From: Hemiscyllium ocellatum
Lineage: Eukaryota
DNA length: 64,000 nt
Direction: 5' to 3'
Assembly (NCBI RefSeq): GCF_020745735.1
Contig: NC_083435.1
Span: forward strand, 35,756,121-35,820,120
Within the stretch, counting starts at the first letter, position 1. Each line of letters opens with the position of its first letter. Shown piece by piece: positions 47,367 to 59,748 of this stretch. Under the pieces are notes generated by a model. The model was not told the origin of the DNA and ran no database searches. It was given only the letters and a program-made list of their open reading frames with translations. The translations under genes and the position numbers were made by a program.

Positions 47367-49783
47367 TGAGAGCTTTTTCTAGGGCACAGAGCCCACAAGC
47401 CCGGGCCGACCAGCCACCAGGCAGTCTTTCAGCCTCAATAACTCTTCCCCCTATCCCGTCTAGTACAGCATATCCATTGTGCCTTTTACCCTCAATCACT
47501 GGGAGGACCCGTCGATAAACAACCGAGCTCCCGCATGCAGTGGGACGTCCCTTAGGTCCAGTCGCACTTTAGTCTAATATTCAGTAATATCAAGGCAGTC
47601 ATGTTCTGGATTGCCAAGGGCCAGCCCCTCTCCCCGACACAGAAATGCAGCTGGATTCAAGCAACTATCTGTGACTAACACAAGACCATCCTGCTCTATT
47701 AAGATTGTCTCATATTTCAAGATCCGAGAGTCCGTGAGCCATCGTCCTGCTTTCTGATTTAGTATGGTCTGTACCTGATGTGGGGGTGCTGACTATTAAG
47801 GTTCCCTCAAAAGTAAGCTTCTGACTCTCCTCTACCAATAAGGCTGTTGCTGCCACTGCCTGCCCACACTCCGACAGTAATGTAGCTTTCCAATCTTTAA
47901 TTAACAATGAATTAATGCAGTCATGTTTTAAATTAACCATGAAGCAATATGACAGGTCACTGAGAATGTGCAAAGGAATCCTGCCAATTAATACTGATTC
48001 AGGCTAACACAATTGATTTATTATAAATATTAATTACTAATTATATATATTATATAATTCAGGGTGGAAACGTAACAAGTGACTAAAACATTTTAAAAAC
48101 TGTAATCGTGCAGTTCTGTTTGTTTACCAGTCACTTGTGACTTCCCATTCTGTTTCTGTCATTGTTTTACTTGAGCACATTCATTTTTAAGAACCTCAAC
48201 AGATTCCATCGCACCATCTGCAGTTAATTCTCAATCCCCAATTTGGTGGCAATATCTCGTCATGAGCGCAAAACTGATTCTTCGTGCCTCTCATCACAAA
48301 ACTGTCGCCATAATCCAATTAACTCGTTCGTTCCCGCTGCCTTGGGCTTAAAATGTAAGGATGACCTTGCTGCCCCTCTATTGACCAGGAAAACTACGTC
48401 CTCTTTGTAAGGTCCCATCTTTAAACTTATCAAGGGTTCCTGGTGGGTCCCCGGGGACAGGAACCCCTGACCTCCCAATTCTCCATCGAAATCCATCAGC
48501 AATATCGCCCTCTCTTCCCTTTTTCAGATCCGGACACTCCCGCTTAAAGTGACCTGTCGTCCCACAGGAATAACATCCCGCCTGTGGGGATTTCCACTTT
48601 GATCCTTGTTCCTGACCACCAGACCCCTTCACATCTCCTCCCCAATCCCTCCTCCTCCCTTTATGTTCAACACACTGCCCACCGCCATTCCGGTTTCCTT
48701 CTCCTTTCAGTTTTGGCCTTTGCTTCATTATCTGATCAACCATGGCCTAGCATTATTTGTGCCTTTCTGTTTCTGCTTCTCATGTTACGTTGCCAGATCA
48801 ATTGCTGACCCGGTTTAACCAGCAGAACAGCTTTAGGGCCACCTCATGGCCATTCCCCATCACCCAATGTTTTGTTTAGCCCTTGACTTTTTAAAAGAAA
48901 CATTACAATATTTCTTGCTCCCTGTAACTTCAAACACCAGGAGCCTCTTTCTCCCTGTCATCTCAAATACCAATTCATCAATTTATGCTTGTCTAACTTT
49001 AAAAGCCTGTTCCTAAATATACATTTTGGAACCTTACTTGTAAATATATGTTTATATATTATAAATTCATTTATTCAGCACTTAATATTTAAAATGTAAA
49101 ATGCATAAAGTTCCCAACTTTGAAATCCACTATAATTACCCAGTTTTAGTCCCTTAATTTAAATCCAAAATTAGTTTTCTTAAGTAGTCCTGAAGAAGGG
49201 CTTATGCCCGAAATGTCGAATTTCCTGTTCCTTGGATGCTGCCTGACCTGCTGCGCTTTTCCAGCAACACATTTTCAGCTCTGATCTCCAGCATCTGCAG
49301 ACCTCACTTTCTCCTGACCAATCATTGCTCAATTACAATGCTACAGGTCGTGAAATAATCAGAGCTGCCTTAAAAGGATTTGTCTGTTCAAGTTAAAAAA
49401 CTTCTAATGCATGAACAATGGCCGAATCCAAGGTCACCGATATTAACCAGAGGATTTTTTTTATTACAATCTAATGTTGAACTGAAACTTCAACTGTCCT
49501 CCATAAATCGCTTTTGTGTAAGGATAAAAGGGATTAGTTAGACACTGATAGTAAGGCAGTCGTAACCTGTAAAAAGAACAGGAGTTAACATTTTATTTCA
49601 TAATCACTGTAAAATCCTTAACCTTAAAAGAAATCATGCTAAATTTCCATAATAGAAATCAGATTCAAAACAGTCTCGGATCTCAAGCTCCAGGGAACAA
49701 AGCACAAACACTCAATCACCAACAAACAATGTACATTCAAACTGAATCACAAAGGGTTAAACTTTCTACCAGCTGTACAGCTC

Positions 49784-49785
49784 TT

Positions 49786-49839
<54 letters not shown>
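49784..49839. repeat. Compound (CT)n(CA)n microsatellite
   Basis: Direct reading. Confidence 0.95.
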
Positions 49840-49843
<4 letters not shown>

Positions 49844-51424
49844 CTCACAGGCACTTTCTGAGCTTCCCACAACAACATCTCTAGGTGCTCCTCGCTTCCC
49901 CCCTCTATCTTTTGAATATCTTTCTGGGTGTCTGCCATGATTTAGTTACAAAGTGTACCCTCAGTAGCCCTTCAGCTACTAGCCCTTCCAACTTGAAGCA
50001 GAATCTGATCCCTCCTGACTGAAAGGCTGTTTTCCATTGACATATAGATTCAATCATTTACAAACCCAGTCTTCGTCCGAACCATCCTTTGGCCAGAAGA
50101 CGGTGGGACAAAGAATGGATTCCTTAGTCCACACAAAGCAACAATATTTAATCATCTTTTTCCTATCTTTTCCCCTTGTCCCATTTTTCAACATCCATCC
50201 CCAATGTGGACTTTCTGGAGGGATGTCTTCTGGGAATTCTTTCCCCTTTATCCCAGGCACCTCATTTTTGCTTCCTTTGCCTCCCATCGTGGTCAACCCA
50301 TCAGTCCCTTCATTTGACAGGGATCACACTCCCAGTCCCCAAGGCCATTCTAACTCAAATCCCAATCAAACCCAGGGGACTCTAACCTCAATCAAACTTC
50401 GGGGCACATCCCTCCCAAAGGACTTTCTGGAGGTATGTTGTCAGGGACCCCGCCTCCATTCCCATTTCCTTTTTTATCCTCAGAGGCTCTGTCCTTACCC
50501 TCGGTGCAGCCTATATTGAGTTTCTTCGTTAGTCCCTGATTAACTACTAGAAATCAATCCCAGCCACCAAGGCAGTTCTTAAAAGTCAATGTTCCTACCT
50601 TGGTCTGTGCACAGAGTTGCCTGGCCATTCTCCGCATTCAGAGCTGGCTTTACTCTCCCCACTGCGTGGTTCTGATGTCTCCTTTCAAGGATTCTTACCA
50701 CCAACCCAAGGCACGAGACCGCTCCTCAACTGGGAATGGGACGCATCTTCTCAGTGTCCAGGGACAGCCTCTCCCTCCCAGCAATGGAAGATATCCCAGA
50801 CCAGCCCCCAATTGTGGGAAATAGAACCCACTCACTTCAATAATTTCAGTCCGAGACAAGATCTGAAGCAGCAGTATTTCACCCTCGTGGTCTATTTTTA
50901 GCGAATATCCTCCCTCACTGCCAGCTGCTTCCTTGCTTGCTAAAGCGATATTTCCTTCCAGTCTTTGCCCATCCTGAGCGTTATGACCTCCTGATTGTGG
51001 TCTGGTTTGTTTTTGCAGAAGCGGGAACCAGATGCTTGTACCTGTTTGGACAGACATATCGAGTTTAACCTACACCCCCTCCCCGCACAGCACATTATCT
51101 AATTGTCTATAACATCTACCAATGTTTACAGGCACATTTCATTCTTGTATGTACATTTTAGCTAATACAAAAACAATTATACATTTCCTTCACATAGTTT
51201 TCATTCTTGTTAACTCAGCCCTTGGCTGAAACAATTACACACCGGTGTGAGTTCATTTACCTTGCATAAGTAATTATGGTTGCAGAAGTGACACTGCTTT
51301 ACCTCTCTCCCATACATTCCTGGTTCAGTGTTGCTTGGGGGCAATTGTAACTGATCCCACTTGTTGGGAATTGATCCCTGCAGTACAGGGACAGGGACAA
51401 AACCTCCACACCATCTCTCCAACA

Positions 51425-51645
51425 AGCATCCCACCCAGACTGACTGTATAACCCTGCATTTCCCATGGCCAATCCACCTAACCTGCACACCTTTGGACTG
51501 TGGGAGGAAACTGGAGCACCCACAGGAAACCCACACAGACACAAGGAGAACGTGCAAACTCCACACACACAGTTCCGAGAGGCTGGAATTGAGCCCAGAT
51601 CCCTGGTGCTGTGAGGCAGCAGAACTAACCACTGAGCCACTGCAC
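51425..51645 (-). mobile_element. HE1-type SINE (partial)
   Basis: A box, B box and core on the minus strand. Confidence 0.8.
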
Positions 51646-51659
51646 CAACAGGTTTATAT

Positions 51660-53060
51660 CTGAAGGATTGTGTGGGTGTGGTGCACATTGTACAAGGTTC
51701 CCCTGCAGGAAGCACTGAGCCTTCAGCCCACAGACCAGATGGGGACAGAAACCGATGAAATGGAGACTCCCAACATGGATGTGACTGGAGCCAGGCCTTG
51801 TGGAGCAGCTGAGGAAACCCTGCCTGCAGTTGCCAGGGCAGCTCGAGAGCAACTGGGGGCTGATGGATTTGGACATTGAGAAGGAGAAAATCCCTCTCCC
51901 TCCACCAGGAAATCAGAGAGAAGAGCAGTGGAGATGGAGGGGGAAACAAGGGACATTTTAGTTCAGCAGCAAATAGACTTTGCAGGATGTTTGTGGGAGA
52001 TATTACTGAACAGAGTCAATTTCATCTGGTCAGGTCAAAACCTTTCAGATCATTTATATTAATGAGCAGTTTCTCTACTTAGTAAACTGTTGCAATGACA
52101 TGTCATTTAAAATTGTTTTGTACAATTTGAAATTATTCCAGGCCAATCTATAAATAAAAAAGGACTCCAACAGAACAGGTATATTTAGTAATATGTCACT
52201 CCTTAAATAAAACATTTCCCCAAAGTGAAACAGTAAAAATTCACCTTCTCATCAGTGCCTGACAATGACTCTCACAGGGGCAGGAGGGGGGGCAGGTAAA
52301 GCCGACTTGCCAGTTAGAGCTGCCACCCTCATGCCTCCTGTATCTCCCCCTGTGCCCATGTCCTGCCCCCCTCCTGTCCCAGAGACATGCCCAGCAGCTG
52401 AGAACTCCTCCCTGGGGAGCTGCTGGCCAGAAGCTGCATCCATGAGAGCTCCAGCTGCTGTCCCGTGGGCCTGCCCTGTTTCTGTACTCGGAGCTGGCAG
52501 GAGGCCTTCTATTGGGCTGCTTTGTATTCCTGCCCGAGCAGCTGTCTCCAACTGCTGGGTTTGTATTGGCCTCTGGTTAGGGGGCCTTGCAGCATCCTCC
52601 ATGTGGCCAGAAGGATTGAGATGGGTCTGCTTTGGATCAGGCAATGCATCAGGAATGCTTTTTCTCCAAAGGCCCAGCTGCTGAGTAGCCCTTGTCTGAA
52701 CCTCCCCCATCTCCTGTGTGGAAGTCATTTTGTCACCTACTAATTGTGTGGAAACCATGTTATCACATAACTCAGCGCCACAACCTGAAGAAGGCCTTTT
52801 TTTACCTCTATCAAGGAATCCTCAGCAGCAGGACACAGGGAGCAGCTGGGCTTTAACTCTGGGGCATGTCACAGTGTGAGATTAGAATGGGAAAGCAGGA
52901 TGGTCACACAGACCATTCACTTTGATGCAGTAAAAGGTTGGGTTGCTGCAGAATTCAGCAGCAGGGCAACCGAATGTGGAACAGATCCTGTGCATGGATA
53001 CTCCAGCACATAACTGTGGAAGGAATCCCATGGAACAGGGATTGTCTTGTTATGGAAGTG
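51660..53060. mobile_element. Possible degenerate PIF/Harbinger remnant
   Basis: The plus frame VWCTLYKV...ARAAREQL resembles a Harbinger transposase C-terminus and converges on a low-complexity minus ORF (52252-52758). Weak. Confidence 0.3.
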
Positions 53061-53085
53061 ACATGAATTCATCTGCCTTTTACAT

Positions 53086-53166
53086 TGTGTGTGTGTGTAT
53101 GTGTGTGTGTGTGTCTGTGTGTGTGTCTGTGTGTGTGTGTGTGGGTGTCTGTGGGGGTGTGTGTGA
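53086..53166. repeat. Imperfect (TG)n microsatellite
   Basis: Direct reading. Confidence 0.95.
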
Positions 53167-54097
53167 GAGAGATGCAAGCTCGATTTGATTTATTATTGTC
53201 ACATGTATCTAAGTTGGCTCGTGTAGACTCAGACCATTCCCTTGCTCTCTCTCCATGGGTGCTGTCTGACCAGGATTTGTTGTTTTCAGTCCAGGTCCCA
53301 GCATCTGCAGGAATTTGCTGACAGTGGAAAGTGTTGTTTTGTGTGCAGTCCAGGCAGATGATACCATATAAAGACCATGTGGTGATTGAACAGGTCTCAT
53401 TTCCCCCTCCGTACAAAACACGTGATCACTCAGGCAACTTTCATCCATCACCAAGGTGAGTGTTTTCCAGGTTCCTGGGGATCTGTGAGTGATCTCAATT
53501 CTCACGATATCATAGAATCGCACAGAATAGGACAAGGGCCCAGTGGGGTCTCTCTCTGACTTTTTGGTGATAACTATCATCCCGGCTGCAGGTGGCTGTG
53601 GCACTGGGGGTTTAGAGAAACTATTCTTCATGAACAAAGTTACAAATCACACAACATCAGGTTATAGTCCAACAGGTATATTAGGAAGTACTAGCTTTCA
53701 GAGCGCTGCTCCTTCTGTGGTAGCTGTGGAACAGGATCATAAGACACAGAATTTACAGCAAATGATCTCAGTGTCATGCAACAGAAACGATATTTTGAAC
53801 AAACTTAATTTGTTGTTGAGTCTTTCATCTTTTCGATTGGAACGAGCCACATCGTATTCTTGATGGAGCAACACCACCACCTTGTGGCTGACGTCGGTAC
53901 TCTACGAATTTATTCCTTCCCTGCATTACCAGCTCTGGGCTGTTGGTGGTGCTATTGTCCGTCTTCCACATTCAAGCCACCGCATTGCCATCGTTGATTA
54001 TGAACAAATACAATTTGTCAGATAAAGAACTTCCCTATTCTACAGGCATGACCCTGAACTTCTAGTCACATGGTTTTAATTGACTCAATCTCATTCC

Positions 54098-54302
54098 TGC
54101 AAATGTGTTGCTGGTCAAAGCACAGCAGGTTAGGCAGCATCTCAGGAATAGAGAATTCGACGTTTCGAGCATAAGCCCTTCATCAGGAATTTCGACGTTT
54201 CGAGCATAAGCCCTTCATCAGGAGATGCTGCCTAACCTGCTGTGCTTTGACCAGCAACACATTTGCAGCTGTGATCTCCAGCATCTGCAGACCTCATTTT
54301 TT
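54098..54302. mobile_element. 205-bp PLE-terminus-derived insertion: 46-bp perfect inverted arms, two tandem hammerhead-like cores, 15-bp TSD
   Basis: Arms 54098-54143 and 54222-54267; tandem units 54156-54188 and 54191-54223; TSD ACTCAATCTCATTCC at 54083-54097 and 54303-54317. Confidence 0.88.
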
Positions 54303-55527
54303 ACTCAATCTCATTCCAACTTCTCCTTTACAATAGCTTGAGAGACAGCAATATCTCATCTTTCTATTTGCAACCTTCCAGACTCAACATCAAATTCAAC
54401 AATTTTACTTCCAAATTGCCGACACCATTGTTTTTGGGTGATGTGTTTTGGGTGATGTTGCTGTGATTCCTATCAACATGCCATTGAAATACACCTTTAC
54501 ATGTCCCACTGCTATTTCCTCCTGCCTTGCTCTCACCATCACTTCACCATTTCGCCTTCCGCTCTCTGCCCTGTCTTCTTTCTGCATTGCCTCCTGTTCT
54601 TATCGCACCACCGCATTTTTCCCTGCGTCTCCACAAACATAGAATCTGCAACATTTTTGGCCTTTTCCCAGTTCTGATCAAAGTTCACAGAACTGAAACG
54701 TTTTGATTTTGTGAAAGTGCGATCCATTGGATGTGATCGACACTGACAGAATGCCGCAGTTCCGTTTGTCGCCAGGAGGTGGCAGCCCTGTACCATCAGC
54801 GTCACCTGCGGGATAATGTTTTGCTTGCAGTACCAGACACCACCAGCAGGTGGACATATTGCACCGACTGGGACAAAACTGTTCAGATCCATTCAATGTG
54901 ACAGGAGGCACAGAGGGGAAAATTGTCTAGAAATACCGCCCCTTAAAATCCAATGGTCTTACCGTCCCTGAATCCACCAGGACCAACATCCTTGGGGTTA
55001 CCATTGACCAGAAACACCACTGGACTCAGCACATACACACGGTGGCTACAAGAACAGTCAGAGACTCGGAATACTGCGGTGAGTAAGTCACCTCCTGACT
55101 CTCCAACACCTGTCCATTACCTACAAGGCACAAGCCAGGAGCCCTCTTACCTGGATAGGTGCAGCTCCAACAACACTCAAGGAGCTTGACACCTTCCAAA
55201 CCCACGGCCACTTCCATCAGGAAGGAGACGGGCAGCAGATATACAGGAACACCACCACCCTCAAATTCCCCTCCAAGCCATTCACCATCCTGATTTGGAA
55301 ATATATTACTGTTCATTCACTGTCACTGGGAGAATATTCTGGAATTCCCACCCTCAGGGCACTCACCCCATTTGGATGATGTTTTGATCTCTGCCCTTGG
55401 CTTCCTGCCCATAAATTCTGTTTCCTGTGCTTCCCTCTCACTCCACCTGACCAAGGGCTGATGCTCCAAACACCAGTGATTCCGAAGGAACCGATTGGAC
55501 TCTAACCTGGTGTCATGGGAATTCTGA

Positions 55528-55767
55528 CAGTAACCTGGGACACACCAGGTCTATCATTAACCAGGGTCAGTAACCTGGGATACACCCGGTCTATCACTAA
55601 CCTGGATCAGGAACCTGGGACATAACTGGTCTATCACTAACCAGGGTCAGTAACCTGGGACACACCCGATCTATCACTAACCAGGGTCAGTAACCTGGGA
55701 TACACCCGGTCTATCACTAACCAGGGTCAGTAACCTGGGACACACCCGGTCTATCACTAACCAGAGT
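55528..55767. repeat. 40-bp minisatellite, 6 copies
   Basis: Unit CAGTAACCTGGGACACACCCGGTCTATCACTAACCAGGGT. Confidence 0.95.
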
Positions 55768-55769
55768 CT

Positions 55770-56235
55770 GTAACGTGCGACCCTGTTTTACTCGTGGTTC
55801 TGCCCAAACCATTGTCTCCCTGACCTTTGTCCTGGAGCAGTAACCGAGGAGACAGCAGGTTTATCTCAGAGAAAAATAAAGTGGAATAAAGTCAATGTGA
55901 ACATAAGGAAACGAAGTCTCGGACACCACACATCACATGACAGGCGAGACAAAGACACACACGAGAATCCTTAGAGACACGGCACTCGAACCAGAACTCC
56001 ATCAATAAACACATCCATTTCGATCCTATCGACCTACCCTTGAATAAAAGAACCGGAAATGACATCACCCACCTTATAAACAGAGAGACAGGACATCCCA
56101 CCGGGGCTTCACCGGAGACTCTCACTGAGGGTGTGACTGCATATGCTGATGAAACATCTGAAAACAAGCCTTCCAGCTCAGTGAGCTAACTTACAGACTT
56201 ATCATCAAACTGAGCTACAAATCTTCTCAAAAACC
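55770..56235 (+). mobile_element. Penelope-like element 3' fragment (second family)
   Basis: HTRESLETRHSNQNSINKHIHFDPI, resembling the AREFLEAWHS..SINKHIDLDP tail of GIY-YIG PLEs; terminal CTGAGG...GATGAAAC motif. Confidence 0.6.
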
Positions 56236-56649
56236 GCTAAGGTGCTGAAGTGTTCCTTTTTGCCAGAGAACATCTGGAGAGAGATATTGAGGAGAAACTC
56301 CTGTCCAGGGAACACCTGGAGTGAGGAATTCAGGATAACCCGGGGCAGGTCTATGGTTCACCACCAGAACCAGGAAAGGTGTGGGGTGAATGAATCCAGA
56401 TTGAAATGAAGAGAAACAGGAATATTTGGGAGGATGAAGTGTGAGACCATGGGGGACAGTCACTGTGTGAACAGTCTCTCTGTCAAACAGGGGGATGGAC
56501 AATCCCGAGCAGGATCCCCACTGTCCTTCACTGAGCTTTTTAATCAGCCCTTTATACACGGCCAGTAGGATGTTGGTGTCTGAGATAACCCGGCCTATTC
56601 AACCAAGAGGGCATCACAGCTGGGCCTGGGCTGGGTAGTGAGTTTTATT

Positions 56650-57436
56650 CAGATAAAGTTGATGTGTTGAATTTTGGGAAAGCAAATCTTAGCAGGGCTT
56701 ATACACTTAATGGTAAAGTCCTAGGGAGTGTTGCTGAACAATGAGACCTTGGACTGCAGGTTCATAGCTCCTTGAAAGTGGAGTCGCAGGTCGATAAGTT
56801 AGTGAAGGTGTTTGGTATGCTTTCCTTTTTTGGTCAGATTATTGAGTACAGGAGTTGGGAGATCATGTTGCAACTGTACAGGACATTGGTTCAGCCATTT
56901 TCAGAAGATTGCATACAATTCTGGTCTCCTTCCTTTCATGAGGATGTTGTGAAACTTGAATGATTTACAAGGATGTTGCCAGGGTTGGAGGATCTGAGCT
57001 ATAGGGAGAGGCTGAACAGGCTGGGGATGTTTTCCCTGGAGTGTCGGAGGCTGAGGGGTGACCTTATCGAGCTTTATAAAATCATGTGGGACATGGATAG
57101 GATAAATAGGCAAAGTATTTTTCCTAGGATGGAGGAGCCAGAACTAGAGGACATGGTTTTAAGGTGAGAGGGAAAAGGAATAAAAGAGACGTAAGGGGCA
57201 ATGTTTTCCCACAGAGGGTGGTGCGTGTATGGAATGAGCTGCCAGAGGATGTGGTGGAGGCTGGTACAATTGCAACATTTAAAAGGCACCTGGATGGGTA
57301 TATGAATAGGAAGGGTTTATAGAGGGATATGGGCCAAGTGCTGGCAAATGGGATGAGATTAGTTTGGGATATCTGGTCAGTGTGGACAGCTTGGACTGAC
57401 AGGTCTGTTTCCGTGTTGTACATCTCTATAACTCTA
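56650..57436 (+). mobile_element. CR1 3' fragment
   Basis: YRSWEIMLQLYRTLV...YRERLNRLGMFSLECRRLRGDLIE. Confidence 0.85.
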
Positions 57437-57682
57437 TGACTGACTAAGTGTCTAAGTGACTCTGATTCCTTGCTTATTCCCTGTTCTGAGAGGCTGCAGC
57501 AACTAATTCTGACCCAGTTGAATCTGGCTTTGTTTATAATATCAGACAGGACTCTGACAGTGTGATGATGTGGTGAATTATTGGTGCTTGTCACTGTCAC
57601 TGTACGGATGGGACCTCACTTTGTACTGAGAGGAATGTGGATGAGTGTTTGTTAAAATGTCCCTTTAATTTTTGTTTTCCAG

Positions 57683-57917
57683 ACAGCAATTTCAGGTACT
57701 GAAGATTTTCCTGTTGTAACAAAAGTTGCCATGGTGAATGGAGTTAGAGTTAATTATCATGACTGTAATATTCAATAAACACTGGTCAGGCAGCAATTCA
57801 TGGCAGAATCTTCCAATCAGTCAGACTGGAAGTAAATCACAGCATTTGGAAACAATCATTCAAACTTCACCAAGAAATATCTGTGTACAATAAAGAAGAG
57901 CATGAACCAGACACCAG
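57683..57917 (+). pseudogene. MHC class I alpha1 exon remnant, copy 2
   Basis: Reads TAISGTEDFPVVTKVAMVNGVRVNYHDCNIQ*TLVRQQFMAESSNQSDWK*ITAFGNNHSNFTKKYLCTIKKSMNQTP-G, colinear with copy 1 alpha1. Stops at 57776 and 57833; the donor is degraded to GG. Confidence 0.85.
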
Positions 57918-59096
57918 GGGAGAGAATTGATTCAGAAACTCCCCCTGGTCTGTCCGGTGTTCCCAGTCCCATAGCCAGACTCCACACTGGAATACCATGA
58001 GTTATGGACACAGGGCAAGTTCTTCTGTTCTCTCTCTTTTTCCTGAAGAAGATATTTGGAAAGTTGTGATGCACTGAGGAAGGTCAGGAGGTGGGTTTGG
58101 GATCAAGTGGGCACCTGGTTGGATGGTTAAGATTGTCCAGGGATGAGCAGCTTGTTGGATAATTCCTGTCATCCCACTGGATCTCAGTGTCTATTCATAT
58201 AGCAAAGCTGGGAATGGGAACTCGATCTTAACTAGGATTACGGAATGGGCAGTGTGGATCCAGGAGGCAGTGTGAACAGGGAATAGAAATCTCTGTAGGA
58301 AGTGTTTCTGAGAGATAAAGAAGGGGAGATGATCAAGGACAGAGTCAGTCCCTCGTGGAGAGAGACCGTGAGGGGAATCAATCGGCAGAAATGAATGTGC
58401 CGGAGTGTTTGCTGGAGAGGATGGCTCCCTGGTCCTGTTCAAACTGCCAGGGCTCAATCAAGATAATTAATTCCACACCTGCGCGGTCCAGCTCTAACTG
58501 ACCAATCAGCTGATGAAACCGATGGGTTGGTGAAGGGGGGGGCTCCTGTCTGACCAACCTCACTGACTGTGAGGGGGAGCTGACTGACACGGTGTGGAAC
58601 AGGTTGGCTTTGGATCTGGTCCATATGGAGTTCCAGACGTTCATTGCTAAGGTTCCACACCAGACAATTATTGACCATAAGAAGACTGTCGGAAATTGGA
58701 GGGGGTCAGGCAATGCTGAAATAAATCAGAACAATAGGGTTCCATTCAGCCGACACAGCCAAGAATCTCAGAATTGACTCTCAACTAACGCGACTTGGAA
58801 CATACACTACAATGACCACAATGTTCAAATTTTCATTATTTGTGAATAATTCAGAGATGGATCTACTTTTTTAAAAAAATTCATCTTACTTCTAAACTCT
58901 TATCATGTGTGTTGCGTCCCGATTTTCTCTTGTAGTTAATATTAAATATACTCAGTTTTTATTAATGCTGGATACTCTGATTACATCAGAAAAATATCAG
59001 TACATTCAGGTGATTAACCAGGGCTGAATGCAGCCACACACAGACACAGACACAAGGGCAGATACAGATGCACAAACATTGGGCCCAGTCCCTTAC

Positions 59097-59374
59097 CCCA
59101 CTGATAGAGCTTGCCCTCTGCCAGGCTGCTGTGTTCAATTTGACAGGAGTATTGATCCTCATTCCCAGCATTGATCTCAATCTCTTTCTGGATCTGATGG
59201 GTCCCATCGTGTTCGGTCGAACCCCTGAGGATTGGGTCTCAGACATGACCTCTCCATTCCTTAGCCAGGTCACCTCGATGTCTACAGGATAAAACCCAGT
59301 GACCAGGCAGGAGAGAGTGAGTGGCTTGTCCTGACCATTGGGCTCCCTCCTGGAGATGAACACTTCAGGCTGAA
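59097..59374 (-). pseudogene. MHC class I alpha3 exon, copy 2 (1-nt frameshift)
   Basis: Near-identical to 4277-4555, with AACCACG reduced to AACACG; 278 nt; splice sites intact. Confidence 0.92.
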
Positions 59375-59486
59375 CTGTGATGGGAAAGGGTGAAAACACA
59401 AACAACAGACAGACACTGAATGGAATGGGAGAACGGTTTCATAGATCAGTGAGGTTAGATCAGAACATTGAAACTAAAATACGTAC

Positions 59487-59748
59487 CTTTCCTTGTGAAA
59501 TATTCCTTTCCAGCTTTCAAGTATTGCTTCAAACATTGAACAGACACACCCAGCAAATATCGTTCCCAGTATTTGTTCCAAGATTCATCCGAATCTCATT
59601 TCTTCTTCGCCTTTTGTGCAAAGTGATTTGCGGCAACCCATCTCATCCTGTCTGGTTCTAAACTAATGTAGTCCTTTCTATCAAATCCAAATTGTATTGA
59701 CCTCATCACTGACCTCAATGGAACATATCCATTGCAGAGTGTGAATTC
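59487..59748 (-). pseudogene. MHC class I alpha2 exon, copy 2 (14-nt deletion and nonsense codon)
   Basis: ACAG|GA ATT CAC ACT...AAA G|GTACGT; 262 nt = 276-14. The W147 codon is TGA (59596-59598). Confidence 0.9.

Larger units (their letters stand above)
44180..50300 (-). mobile_element. Fragmented class I (gamma/epsilon-like) endogenous retrovirus: gag MA, NC zinc knuckle, protease, RT connection, RNase H
   Basis: MA MGGKGSK...MIKYCCFVW (50054-50296); CYSCGTTGHFKREC (about 48530-48590); GGQG..QEPLI..VFLVNRGAARSSL; CGQAVAATALLVEESQKLT; RNase H YTESKYAVGVVH...VVHIPRHQKG...GNRLADEV. No RT core, integrase, env or LTR was recognised. Confidence 0.85.

Noticed and set aside
57565-57682. Possible degenerate leader exon (ATGATG...LLVLVTVTV) before copy 2 alpha1
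   Set aside because: It needs a frameshift and a 60-nt phase-0 intron, unlike the canonical phase-1 leader intron. Not supportable by eye.
58480-58560. Y-box (CTGATTGG on minus) next to an ISRE-like GAAACCGA, resembling an MHC promoter
   Set aside because: No leader exon or recognisable S/X boxes at the right spacing, and such short motifs occur by chance.
59487-59748. Copy 2 alpha2 has Cys at positions 99 and 167, suggesting a register-shifted disulfide
   Set aside because: From the canonical fold, 99 and 167 move away from the 101-164 pair in opposite directions. The exon is a decayed pseudogene and copy 1 has neither Cys.
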